A stretch of DNA of 64,000 nucleotides from Polyangiales bacterium (GTDB taxonomy: Bacteria > Myxococcota_A > Polyangia > Polyangiales > Polyangiaceae): positions 32,001-96,000 of the forward strand of contig JBBRNJ010000014.1 of the NCBI GenBank assembly GCA_038230375.1, written 5' to 3'. The notes under the pieces were generated by a model that was given only the letters and a program-made list of their open reading frames with translations, had not been told where the DNA came from and ran no database searches. The position numbers and the translations under genes are program-made. Shown here one piece after another: positions 28,063 to 37,600 of this stretch; the first letter of the stretch is position 1, and every line of letters starts with the position of its first letter.

Positions 28063-28227
28063 CTACTTCACGCCTGGCGGAGGTGGGGCGGGTGGCGCGG
28101 TGTCGCTCTGGACGCAGGATGACAGATCGAAGAGCAGGAACTCGAGCGCCTTCTCCTGCGTGGAGAGCCCGACGCTGGTGCAGCCCGTGGGCCAGTCTTG
28201 TCCCGTCTGATCGTTGCTCGCACCGGC
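28063..28227 (-). pseudogene. orphan C-terminal remnant of a myxobacterial secreted protein
   Basis: Encodes ...[31 protein letters not shown]...PPP-stop, a C-terminus I recognise from myxobacterial secreted proteins; in-frame TGA upstream and no start codon. Confidence 0.6.
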
Positions 28228-28365
28228 TTCCTCATGGGCACACCTTCATACGTTGAGCGCGTCATCGCGGATCGACGGTGGCAACTGAGTCATCGCGAAT
28301 CCAGCATGTTTATCAGGCGATCGTCGCGATTGTCTCCCTGTGGCGACAGCCCGGAGTGACAAGGC

Positions 28366-29637
28366 TCAGCGCGGAGCGTGAGCGCGTGCGAGCTTCCGTT
28401 CCACGACATCGTCGCTCGCGTCGTCCGCGATCGCGGCGATGGCTTCGCGAAAAGGGTCGTATGCGCTGCCCTCCGCAGCGATCCGGATGCGCGCCGGTGC
28501 GGCGCCGCTCACGCGGAGCGCGATGGCCGCGCCGAGCTTCTCGTCTTCGGTTGCCGCGGGGTTGCGAAGCGTGGCCTCGGCGTCGTCCGGCGAGGTGCCA
28601 GGAGAGCGATAGCTCGGGTCCATCGCGCGGCGAAGGTGCTCGCGCCACTCCACGAGTGATCTGCCTCCGCGCGCGAAGTGCGTGGCGTTCACCTGCGCAG
28701 GTGCCTGGAGCCGGTGGCGAAGGATGTTGGTCGCGGCGGCGCGTCGGTCCGCGTCGATGCCCGTACCAGAGATGATGATCGGAGCGCCGTCGCTCTGGAT
28801 GGTCGTCGCCATCTTCGGGTGGGGCTGATCCACGCTCCGGATCTTCTCGCGCGGCACGAACCGGGTGCGGCGCCCGGCGGTGAAGACGATGCCGTCGTCT
28901 CCGATGGTCAGCTCCGGCGCACGGGCGATCCGCTTGAGCAAAGGGTACGCGCCGAAGACCGTGACCAGCGAGATGAGAGCGCCGAGCGCGGCGCGGAGGA
29001 TCATGGCGAGCTCGTAGTTCCCGCTCTCGGTGCGCAAGAAGAGCAGCATCAACGGGATCGCGGTGAGGAGGCCCGCGACCCAGGAGGTGATGAGGCCGAG
29101 CAGCGGATGCAGGAGCCGCCGGCGGGGCGTGGCGAACGGGATGCGGACGCGTCGCCGACCCGGGCCGAAACCAAGCTCCGACACGAGCGCGTGCGCGCTG
29201 GCCTCGTCCGACACCTGACACGAGAGCTCATCGCCCCCGCGAACCAGTATCTCCACCGTTGGCAATGCGGGTGGGTCGTGGAGCACTGCGAATGCGCTGT
29301 CGACATCCGGGAGGGCGACGTGGCGCGAGAGGCCATGGCGCTCCACGTGCAGCATGTCACCGTCAATGGCCACGATGCCCGGCGACCGCTTGCGGCGGAA
29401 GAAGATCACGTAGGACGTAACGAACGCAGCCATCGCGAGCACCTGGAAGATCGGGCCCGCGCCCACGACGGCGGCGCCCATGGCGCTCACGCCCATCGCG
29501 GCTTGCCCGACCGCGGTCACCACGGCGCTCAGCGCGTACAGCAAGAGGCCCGCGCGCGAGAGCTTGCGCGAGGTGGCTCCCGCCAGGCGCGAGATGCCGG
29601 CGCTGTTCGTTTGGTGCGTAGGCACGCGCCCGAGCAT
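28366..29637 (-). CDS. hypothetical membrane protein with two PH-like segments
   Basis: Two pairs of TM helices each followed by beta-rich segments; C-terminal YR...LGAAIAL..RIR.AA pattern. Confidence 0.7.
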   Translation of the reverse strand: MLGRVPTHQTNSAGISRLAGATSRKLSRAGLLLYALSAVVTAVGQAAMGVSAMGAAVVGAGPIFQVLAMAAFVTSYVIFFRRKRSPGIVAIDGDMLHVERHGLSRHVALPDVDSAFAVLHDPPALPTVEILVRGGDELSCQVSDEASAHALVSELGFGPGRRRVRIPFATPRRRLLHPLLGLITSWVAGLLTAIPLMLLFLRTESGNYELAMILRAALGALISLVTVFGAYPLLKRIARAPELTIGDDGIVFTAGRRTRFVPREKIRSVDQPHPKMATTIQSDGAPIIISGTGIDADRRAAATNILRHRLQAPAQVNATHFARGGRSLVEWREHLRRAMDPSYRSPGTSPDDAEATLRNPAATEDEKLGAAIALRVSGAAPARIRIAAEGSAYDPFREAIAAIADDASDDVVERKLARAHAPR

Positions 29638-29703
29638 AGCAAAGCGCAGGGTCCACGGACTCTCTTGGCCATCCCGGGCGACTCGCAGTAGATGTGAGCC
29701 AGG

Positions 29704-30390
29704 ATGAACCGGCCTGCCATCCGAGACCTCACCATTGTCGTGGCGCTGCTCGCGTCATCGGTCGCGTGTCTCCTTCCGAGCCGTTCCGCGCCGCCGCCCT
29801 CGCTGCCGGCGTCTCTCACGTGCGATGACGGGCCGCTGCCTGGAGTCCCGAAGGAGCCGCTGCCACTGCGACCGCAAGTGGCGGGGGTGCAGACCGCGGA
29901 CGCGAAGAACGCGAAGCGCCTCTACGACGAGGAGCGATGGGCGGAGGCCAAGGTCGCGCTCGGACGCGTGGCCACGGGCGAGACGGGTGATGACGTCGGC
30001 AACCGGCAGCTCGCCGGCTACCAGCAGGCGGTGGCGCTGTTCCGCCTTGGTGACCATGTCGAGGCCGCCCGGATCTTCGGAGAGATCGCGCGCGAGCGCT
30101 CACACCTGCGACACGGCGAGACGCTGCTCTGGCTCGCGAAGATCGCGGCGTCCGTGCCGGAGCTCACGCGGGCACTTGCATTCTACACGGAAGACGACAT
30201 CACCAAGTACGACAACCCGGACCAGCGCGAGACCTTCTGGCAGCTCGCATACCTCCTGGGCCGCGAGCGCCTGGAGCGCGGTCTTCCGGCCGCCGCCGCT
30301 CGGCTCTTCGGGCGCGTCGACGGTCCTCTCAAGAGCTACGCGAAGCGCTGCCTCACGAAGGCGAACGAGCTGCAAACACCGCATCCGTGA
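29704..30390 (+). CDS. secreted TPR-like hypothetical protein
   Basis: N-terminal signal/lipobox-like segment; helical TPR-like repeats. Confidence 0.6.
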   Translation: MNRPAIRDLTIVVALLASSVACLLPSRSAPPPSLPASLTCDDGPLPGVPKEPLPLRPQVAGVQTADAKNAKRLYDEERWAEAKVALGRVATGETGDDVGNRQLAGYQQAVALFRLGDHVEAARIFGEIARERSHLRHGETLLWLAKIAASVPELTRALAFYTEDDITKYDNPDQRETFWQLAYLLGRERLERGLPAAAARLFGRVDGPLKSYAKRCLTKANELQTPHP

Positions 30391-30429
30391 CGCGGGCAAC
30401 GAGCCGGCGGAGCCGTGTATGCTCGGACA

Positions 30430-32403
30430 ATGTCTGAAAGCCCCGTCGTTCGGCGCATGGTGATGTTCAAGCACGGGGTCGCCTACCTGGAGCGCGGCGG
30501 ACCTGCCGAAGGACCATTCGATCTCTCGTTCAAGAAGGACGAGATGAACGACGTCCTGAAGTCACTCGCGGTCTGGGTGGCGAAGGGCGACGCGCAGATC
30601 GGCGCGCTCGCGTTCGAGAAGCCCGAGGATCCCGAGGCGGAGCTCGAACGTCGCAAGTTGAATCTGCCCGCGTGGGGAACCATGCTCGCTCTCCTTGGCG
30701 CGATCAAGGGGCGTCGCATTGCGGCGCTCGTCGACGGCGCGCGAAGGGAAGGGGAGGTCATCGGCGTGGAGGCGGAGTCGCTGGGAGATCGCGGCGAGCG
30801 CAGGCGGCTGCTCCTGCGCGAGGGTGACGGTCGCATCACCATGCACGACGTCGCCACGCTCGAGAGCATCGAGCTGCTCGACCCCGCATCGCGCGCCGAC
30901 CTCGCGTTCTTCGTGGACCGGAGCCGCGCCGCGAGCGCGGGCGAGACACGCAGCGTGCACATCGACGTGCGTGGCAAGGCGGAAGATCTGCGCGTGTCCT
31001 ACGTGGTCCCCGCGCCCACGTGGCGGGTGTCGTATCGCATCGCTCGTTCGAAGGACGAGACCGTGCTCATGGCGTGGGGGATCGTCCACAATCCTGCGGA
31101 TGAGGATCTCGAGGAGATCTCGCTCGTGCTCACCACGGGGCAGCCCGTGAGCTTCGTGATCGATCTCTACAACCCGAAGAACGTGCGACGCGCCGTCGTC
31201 GAGGAGAGCGAGCGCGCCATCGCCGCACCTACCCAGTTCGAGCGCGCAGCTGCCCGCAGCAGGAGCTACGGCGGGCCCCCCGCGGCTGGCGCCGCTGAGC
31301 CGGCGGCGCGGGGCATGACCAGCTTCGCAATGGTGGAAGCGCTCAGCGTCGACGAGGACGCTCCAGACACCGGCAGGAGCTTCGGTGACGCCGCCATGGA
31401 GGAAGGCGCGGCCGCCGCCTACGCCGATCGCGGCGAGCTGTTCGAGTACAAGGTCGCCGCGCCCGTGTCGCTCAAGCGCGGCGGCTCTGCCATGGTCCCG
31501 CTCGTGGCTTCGAAGCTACCGTCAGAGAAGGAGCGCATCTGGCGCGTGGGTCCGCCGTCGTCACCAGATCTGGTCGTCACCTTCAAGAACGTGTCGGGCG
31601 CGGTCCTCGAGGAGGGACCTGCCGTGATTTACGACGACAACGTCTACGCCGGCGAGGCGATGATGCCATACACCGCGCGCGGCTCCGAGGTGAAGCTGGC
31701 CTACGCCAAGGACCTGGCCGTTCGCTGTCGCTTCGACTCGACACACCGCAGCGTCATCTCGGCCCTGCGGGTGGGGGAGGGAGCGATGATCGAGGAGATC
31801 CGCGCCGAGGTGCATCACACCTTCCGCGCCGACAGCGACCACGCAGAGCCCGCGCGTGTGGTGTTCGAGCTCCCGAAGGTCCTCGGTCGCGTGTTCGACG
31901 CCGCGGAGCAGAAGCCCTTCGAGAGCACCGCGTCGTACCACCGCTTCGAGATGACGGTGGCGCCGCAGTCGTTCACGACCATCAACGCCACGGAGGTGTG
32001 GGTAGAGCGGCGGAAGGTCGCGTTCACGAACGTCAGTGGTCACCAGCTGGGCGTGTGGATGGAGGGACGCCTCCTGGACCAGGGCACATACAACGCGCTT
32101 GCGCAGGTGCTCAGCCTCTGGAACGACGCGACCAAGTACGAAGGCACGCGGACCCGCGTGGAGGTGATGCAGCGCGAGGCGTACGCCAAACAAACCAAGC
32201 TGGCCGAGCAGCTGAAGGTCCTGAAGGACACCGGGCCCGAGGGAGCGCTACGCCTTCGCTACGTCAAGGAGCTGGAGGCAGAGCAAGACAAGGTGAACGG
32301 CTGCGAGGCCGAGATGGCGCGCCTGTCCGGCGAGGCCCAGCGGGCAAGGGAGAACGCCAACACCGCCTTGCGCACCCTGACGACAAAAGCGAAGGAGGCG
32401 TGA
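30430..32403 (+). CDS. DUF4139-like domain protein
   Basis: V.MFKHGVAY.ER, DVLKSL, VSY..PAPTWRVSYR, LTTGQPVSF, GELFEY, LEEGP; coiled-coil C-terminus. Confidence 0.75.
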   Translation: MSESPVVRRMVMFKHGVAYLERGGPAEGPFDLSFKKDEMNDVLKSLAVWVAKGDAQIGALAFEKPEDPEAELERRKLNLPAWGTMLALLGAIKGRRIAALVDGARREGEVIGVEAESLGDRGERRRLLLREGDGRITMHDVATLESIELLDPASRADLAFFVDRSRAASAGETRSVHIDVRGKAEDLRVSYVVPAPTWRVSYRIARSKDETVLMAWGIVHNPADEDLEEISLVLTTGQPVSFVIDLYNPKNVRRAVVEESERAIAAPTQFERAAARSRSYGGPPAAGAAEPAARGMTSFAMVEALSVDEDAPDTGRSFGDAAMEEGAAAAYADRGELFEYKVAAPVSLKRGGSAMVPLVASKLPSEKERIWRVGPPSSPDLVVTFKNVSGAVLEEGPAVIYDDNVYAGEAMMPYTARGSEVKLAYAKDLAVRCRFDSTHRSVISALRVGEGAMIEEIRAEVHHTFRADSDHAEPARVVFELPKVLGRVFDAAEQKPFESTASYHRFEMTVAPQSFTTINATEVWVERRKVAFTNVSGHQLGVWMEGRLLDQGTYNALAQVLSLWNDATKYEGTRTRVEVMQREAYAKQTKLAEQLKVLKDTGPEGALRLRYVKELEAEQDKVNGCEAEMARLSGEAQRARENANTALRTLTTKAKEA

Positions 32404-32436
32404 CATTTCGCCACCGCGACGAACGCGGGGGCCTCT

Positions 32437-32925
32437 CTACTTCTTCTGAGCCGTGGTCTTCGACAGCACGTGGTCGAAGATCATCATCGCCAGGCGTTCG
32501 CGCTCGTGTTCGGGAACGTCGACGAAGGCGAAGCTCGCTCGCATCACGCCGCCGTGCTTCTGCTGACCGACGCAGCGCGCCGTGCCGGTCACCTCACCGT
32601 CCTTCAGCTGCATGCGGAAGGTGACCGTGGCGTGGATGGGCGGCGAAGGTGAGAGCAGCGCGGAGAAGCCGCCCTCGCCCAGGTCCAGCGTCGAGGCGTT
32701 CTGCGTTGTGCCCACGAACACCACGTCGACCCTCTGCATGCACGCGATGCGCAGGACCGCGCGCGCGGAGCCGGTGACCACAGAGAGCTGCTGAGCGGTG
32801 ACGATCAGCTCGGCGAGCTCGGAGCGTGCGCGGTCGTAGTCCGCGAGCTCGTACTTGTTGAGCGTGCCCTCTCGGGCCTTCTCGTGAAGACCTTGAAAGT
32901 GGACCAGCAGCTGCTGCGGCGTCAT
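32437..32925 (-). CDS. PilZ domain protein
   Basis: RAVLR (RxxxR) and DLGEGG (DxSxxG-like) motifs, beta-barrel pattern. Confidence 0.75.
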   Translation of the reverse strand: MTPQQLLVHFQGLHEKAREGTLNKYELADYDRARSELAELIVTAQQLSVVTGSARAVLRIACMQRVDVVFVGTTQNASTLDLGEGGFSALLSPSPPIHATVTFRMQLKDGEVTGTARCVGQQKHGGVMRASFAFVDVPEHERERLAMMIFDHVLSKTTAQKK

Positions 32926-33055
32926 GACGGAACCTCCGGTTCGCTGACAATGCGCGAGCCCTGCATTCGTCCTGTGACGCAACTGAAGTCTAGCACGCGC
33001 TGGCCGCCGGCGCGCCGCAAGCGCGGAACGTTTGAGTCGACGCGAAGAGTCTGAG

Positions 33056-33832
33056 ATGCTGCGCCGCATGAAGCTAGATAGGCGGTTTGCCGTCGTCCTT
33101 TTTGTCGCAAGTGTTGCAGGATGCGACGACAAGCCTTCCTCCGGGGCGACCGCCTCCGCGGCAAGTGCGCGGCCCTCGGTGAGCGCTCCCCCTCCGCTTG
33201 CGCCGCCGTCTGCGGAGATGAAGCCAGTGCTGTCGCTCGTGGTGGACGACAAGCGCTTCACCGTCAACGGCGACAAGGTCGATCTCACCGTCGCGGATCC
33301 GAAGGCACAGGTCGCCGGCGCAATGGCCGGGAAGGTCGGCATCGAGGGCGCGGTGGTCGACGTGATCGTGATGCGAGATACCCTCACGCCAAAGGTCGCG
33401 CTGGTCGTTGGCGCATTGCGCGCAGCGAAGGCGCAGGGAGCGAACGTGAAGACCACGCGTCGCGACGGAAACACGGCGAGCCTTGTGCTCACGTGGGGCG
33501 CGGCGCGACCAGACTGCGCGGCGGTCGGAATGATCGGAAAGGACGGCGCCATCACCGCGTGGCCCGTGGGCGGCGGCACGGCGGCGCGGTTCTCGCGCGG
33601 CTTCGCCGGCCCTGATCTGACGCTCGGCTCGGCCGGCGTCCGGAAGGTGGTGCAGGGCTGTGATGCCACGGTGCTCTACCTGTCCGCGGCGGACAACATC
33701 GTGTGGGGCCTCCTGTTCGATCTTGCTCTCGCCGTTCGCGGCGGGGACGACGCAGGCGCGCCGCTCCGCGCGGCGACCACCTCGCTGCTCCTCGATACGC
33801 CAGTCGCGGGTAGAAAAGTTGCGCAGGACTGA
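33056..33832 (+). CDS. lipoprotein with ExbD-like periplasmic domains
   Basis: VAGC lipobox, Ser/Ala/Pro linker, RDT..PKV..VV.AL..A motif. Confidence 0.55.
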   Translation: MLRRMKLDRRFAVVLFVASVAGCDDKPSSGATASAASARPSVSAPPPLAPPSAEMKPVLSLVVDDKRFTVNGDKVDLTVADPKAQVAGAMAGKVGIEGAVVDVIVMRDTLTPKVALVVGALRAAKAQGANVKTTRRDGNTASLVLTWGAARPDCAAVGMIGKDGAITAWPVGGGTAARFSRGFAGPDLTLGSAGVRKVVQGCDATVLYLSAADNIVWGLLFDLALAVRGGDDAGAPLRAATTSLLLDTPVAGRKVAQD

Positions 33833-33900
33833 GCCGCACGGCCGGGGCGTCGAGGTCAACCATGATCCCGATGGCCCTCAAAAGCTTGTAGTGTGACGCC

Positions 33901-35544
33901 ATGCGGACGGCGGAGAAGGACCACACAGAGGGCGGGCTCAGGCGATCGGTTGGCCTCTACGGCTTGATGTTCGTGTCGCTCGGCTCGATCATCGGCTCGG
34001 GCTGGTTGCTCGGCGCGCTGAACGCGGCGAAGGTCGCAGGCCCAGCATCGGTGCTCTCCTGGGTGCTGGCGGCGGTCATGCTGTCGCTCCTCGCGCTCAC
34101 GTACGCGGAGCTAGGGGCGACCTATCCCGTCGCCGGAGGCTCCGGCAGATTTCCATACTACTCGCACGGCCCGATCGCCGGATTCATGGCCGGATGGGCG
34201 TCCTGGCTGCAGGCCGTCTTCATCGCGCCGATCGAGGTGCTCGCGGCCATCACCTACGTGAACAGCGTCACGTGGGTGAACACACACTGCAACATGATCT
34301 ACAAGGACGGCGACCAGGCCGGCCTCTTGAACAGCACGGGGCTCGTCGTCGCGCTGCTCCTGATGGTGCTCTTCACTGCGATGAATCTCGCCGGGGCGAA
34401 GTTCCTCTCCGAGAGCAACGCGATCGTCGTCATCTGGAAGACGGCCGTGCCGGTCGTTGCGGTCGGCGTCGTGGCGTATTCGCGCTTCGAGTTGTCCAAT
34501 TTCCACGCGGGCGGCGGCTTCATGCCCTTTGGCTTCCACGGGGTCTTCGCCGCGCTCACCGGTGGCGTCGTGTTCGGGTTGCAGGGCTTCGAGCAAGCGG
34601 TACAGCTGGCCGGTGAGGCAAAGAATCCCAAACGCGACCTCTCGCGCGCGATCCTCATCGCGATGGCGATCGGCGCGGTGCTCTATTCGGCACTCCAACT
34701 CGTGATGATCGGTGGCCTCAAGTCGGAAGACATCGCGACGGGCTGGTCGAAGCCGCTCGGCGCCGATCCGTCGGACTATGGCGCCTGGTACACGCTGGCG
34801 CTCGCGATCGGCGCTGGTTGGCTCGCCAAGGTGCTCATCATAGATGCGGTGATCTCTCCCGCTGGCACGGGCGTCGTCTACGTGGGCACGACGGCGCGTC
34901 TGTCGTACGCGCTCGGCGAAGAGCGGGAGATGCCTCGCGCGCTCGCGAGCACGAACAAGAAGGGCGTGCCCGTGTTCTCGATCCTCCTTGGCGCCGTCAT
35001 CGGGTGCGTTGCATTCGGACCATTCAAGAGCTGGGCTGCGCTCGTCAACGTCGTCACCGGCGCGACGGCCATCATGTATGCGTTCGCTCCCGTCTCGCTG
35101 GCCGCGCTTCATCGGGTCGACGGCGATCGGCCGCGCTCGTACCGCGCACCCATGCCACGCGTGGTCCTTCCGGCAGCGTTCTGTTCGGCGAATCTCATCA
35201 TGTACTGGGGCGGGTTCGAGACGAACTGGAAGCTCGCGCTTGCCGTCCTGCTCGGGCTAGTCCTGTTCGCGGTCGGGGCGTCGCGCGCCCGTACGGGTGT
35301 GGGGGGCACGATCCGTAACGCGATGTGGATCGGCCCGTGGCTCGGAGGCCATGTGGTGCTCGGCCTCGTGGGTCGGTACGGCACGGGCGCGCGAAACATA
35401 CTTCCCGACTGGGTCGACATCATCGTGGTGATCGCGTTCGCCCTCACGATCTTCTACTGGGCGGTGAGCCTGGCATCGACCAAGGAAGCAGCCGCCGCCG
35501 CGGTGGCGAAAGACGCAAAGCAGCTCGACTCCGCCTCCGTGTGA
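33901..35544 (+). CDS. APC family amino acid permease
   Basis: LGSIIGSGW, YAELGA..PVAGG, GFEQ..QLAGEAKNP; many TM helices. Confidence 0.93.
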   Translation: MRTAEKDHTEGGLRRSVGLYGLMFVSLGSIIGSGWLLGALNAAKVAGPASVLSWVLAAVMLSLLALTYAELGATYPVAGGSGRFPYYSHGPIAGFMAGWASWLQAVFIAPIEVLAAITYVNSVTWVNTHCNMIYKDGDQAGLLNSTGLVVALLLMVLFTAMNLAGAKFLSESNAIVVIWKTAVPVVAVGVVAYSRFELSNFHAGGGFMPFGFHGVFAALTGGVVFGLQGFEQAVQLAGEAKNPKRDLSRAILIAMAIGAVLYSALQLVMIGGLKSEDIATGWSKPLGADPSDYGAWYTLALAIGAGWLAKVLIIDAVISPAGTGVVYVGTTARLSYALGEEREMPRALASTNKKGVPVFSILLGAVIGCVAFGPFKSWAALVNVVTGATAIMYAFAPVSLAALHRVDGDRPRSYRAPMPRVVLPAAFCSANLIMYWGGFETNWKLALAVLLGLVLFAVGASRARTGVGGTIRNAMWIGPWLGGHVVLGLVGRYGTGARNILPDWVDIIVVIAFALTIFYWAVSLASTKEAAAAAVAKDAKQLDSASV

Positions 35545-35564
35545 AGCTTCGGCGGGAACTCCGT

Positions 35565-36092
35565 TCACGAAACCCGGCGCACCATGGCCACGCGGTGCTC
35601 CGGTGAGGGCAGCGCGCTCCGCTCCTCCGTCAGGATTTGCCGCAGCTCATTCCCGCAGCGCGAAGCATCTACCTGCACAAATCCGTGCCGTGCGTACATC
35701 GGCGCGTTCCACGGGATGTCGGCGTAGGTGGTGAGCCACAGCGTCCCATTGCCCCAAGCGATCGCGTGGCGCAGGAGCGCGTGTCCCACGCCGCGACCCA
35801 TCCACGCACGACGTACGGAGACCTGCTGGAGGTGCGGCTCACCATCAACGAAGCCGAGCGCGGCGAACCCGATCGGAACGTCGTCGTCGGTGACGGCCAC
35901 CACGACCCGGCCGGCGCTCAGCGACTCTCGCCATTGCGCCTGCTCGGCGAGGGCGAACGACGCGTGCTGCGGTGGAAGTTCGACGCCGCGGCCTGCTTCT
36001 TCGTAGAGCGTGCAAGCATCGTCATCGATGCCAATCACGTGCAGAAGCTCCCCGCTGCGAGCTGTGCGCAGCGTCCAGCTGGGGTTCGTCAT
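35565..36092 (-). CDS. GNAT family N-acetyltransferase
   Basis: QVSV...MGRGVG..LL, LTT..IPWNAP.Y..GF. Confidence 0.88.
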   Translation of the reverse strand: MTNPSWTLRTARSGELLHVIGIDDDACTLYEEAGRGVELPPQHASFALAEQAQWRESLSAGRVVVAVTDDDVPIGFAALGFVDGEPHLQQVSVRRAWMGRGVGHALLRHAIAWGNGTLWLTTYADIPWNAPMYARHGFVQVDASRCGNELRQILTEERSALPSPEHRVAMVRRVS

Positions 36093-36173
36093 GCGCGCGT
36101 ATACGCGGCTCGCGCCGTTCGGTTTCACCGCGCCTCGTGCGAAGCGACCGCCTCTGGCGCTTCCGGAGATTGG

Positions 36174-36219
36174 TGGTGGGCGCAGCAGGTATTGAACCTG
36201 CGACTTCCTCCGTGTGAAG
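36174..36219 (-). repeat. att site: duplicated 3' half of tRNA-Val
   Basis: 45/46 identical to 41346-41391 (TGGTGGGCGCAGCAGG[T/G]ATTGAACCTGCGACTTCCTCCGTGTGAAG). Confidence 0.93.
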
Positions 36220-36376
36220 CTTCGGGGGGGAGCTCTGGTTTGCTCCCCGAGTTCGCATTCGTGATCACTTCTCCGCGAGCGCCGCTGCGGTCAGGCGCGG
36301 CATCTCCTGCTTCGAGAAGTGAGCCTCGCGAGCCACGCCAACATGACCCGCGACGCCGTTGCAGCGTGCGGCAGTC

Positions 36377-37036
36377 TCAACGGCTCCGGCGCTGCGCGTT
36401 GACCAGCAATGCGTCGGGGTCGGACTCGCTTCGATAGATCACGCAGCGTTCGGTCTGGGCATCGCAAACGGCGTCGAGCTCGCAGTCCGAGCGCAACGGG
36501 AGCCAAGCTTGATGGCATGGCTCCCCGAGCACCCTTCGCGGTTCGCAAATTCGTTTCTCACAAGCGAGGTCGAGTTGGCATCCAGAGTCGCTCACGCACT
36601 CGCCACCGAGCCCTTGAGGTGTGACACAACGGGCTCCGTCGCACTGGAGGCCCCAAACGCAGTCTGGTGAATCGTCGCCGCAATACTCGCCGAGTCGCCG
36701 CGGCGCGCCCAGCCTTTCTGGCTGCGCACCGTTCAAGCAGGCGGGCGGTCCTCGGTCTGTGCAGACGTCGTTCTTCAGCGCGCTCATGCAGCGCGCGCTG
36801 AACGCCGCGGCATCCGTGCCGCCTTGCGCCGCCGCGTATTGGGTGCACTCGTCGAGCAGGCAGGCTCGGTCTTCGGCTCGGTAGTGGCGGAAGGGGGTGA
36901 ACGTGCAACGCGCGTCGAAGCCGATTCGCGCCTCGACGAAGTCGATGCACGCCGGTGCGGTGAGGTGGGGCGGACTCGCGCCGTCGCACCCGAGTAGAGC
37001 CAACGCAATAGACACAATGGACAACTCTGTTTTCAT
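36377..37036 (-). CDS. Cys-rich lipoprotein with three G..C...C..L.C...C repeats (Dickkopf-like pattern)
   Basis: LLGC lipobox; 20 Cys in 219 aa. Confidence 0.75.
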   Translation of the reverse strand: MKTELSIVSIALALLGCDGASPPHLTAPACIDFVEARIGFDARCTFTPFRHYRAEDRACLLDECTQYAAAQGGTDAAAFSARCMSALKNDVCTDRGPPACLNGAQPERLGAPRRLGEYCGDDSPDCVWGLQCDGARCVTPQGLGGECVSDSGCQLDLACEKRICEPRRVLGEPCHQAWLPLRSDCELDAVCDAQTERCVIYRSESDPDALLVNAQRRSR

Positions 37037-37330
37037 GCGCGTTCGATTTTCGCCCGTGAATTCGATTCATCCGTGGAGCGCCGCCAAGCGTAAGCACCGT
37101 TCATGCCGCGGCCCCCGCTCGTCGGCGTCCGTCTCGCGCCACCAGTTTCCCGCCACTCGTAGCAGCTCTCGGCGGGCACACGACAGGTACGCTCAGCCGA
37201 TCCGAGCGAAGAGATCTCGGTCACCCATGCGACTTGCCCGCGCCCGTGACTCTGGCGAGAAGTTGCCTGACCCTCGGGGATCAGGTGGCGAGACGTTGAC
37301 GCGGCGACGGTGCGGTGAACGCCCGCCGGG

Positions 37331-37450
37331 ATGGGCAACGTCTTGAGCGACGAGAAGAAGCAACAGGCGCTCGCGTTGGGTCGGCTTGGCTGGCCTCTGC
37401 GGGGCATTGACGAGGCCACGGGCTTGCGGCGCGAGACGTCGAGCCGCTAC
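37331..37450 (+). mobile_element. IS21-family transposase (IstA) N-terminal stub
   Basis: MGNVLSDEKKQQALALGRLGWPLRGIDEATGLRRETSSRY resembles the N-terminal HTH of IS21 IstA proteins; similarity ends after ~40 codons. Confidence 0.7.
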
Positions 37451-37600
37451 CCTGTACGTACGGCACCGCGTACCTGTTCCCGTTCGGCAGAGTCTCGGCA
37501 GCGACTTGGGAGCGACTGCGATGCTTAGGTAGGATGAGCGTGACACTCCCGCGGCGAAGCAAATCCAAGAGGATCTATCCACAACAGCGACGAGGCTCAT

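Noticed and set aside
36174..36219. Second tRNA-Val gene
   Set aside because: Only the 3' half is present, with no D-arm or 5' acceptor strand; treated as an att site
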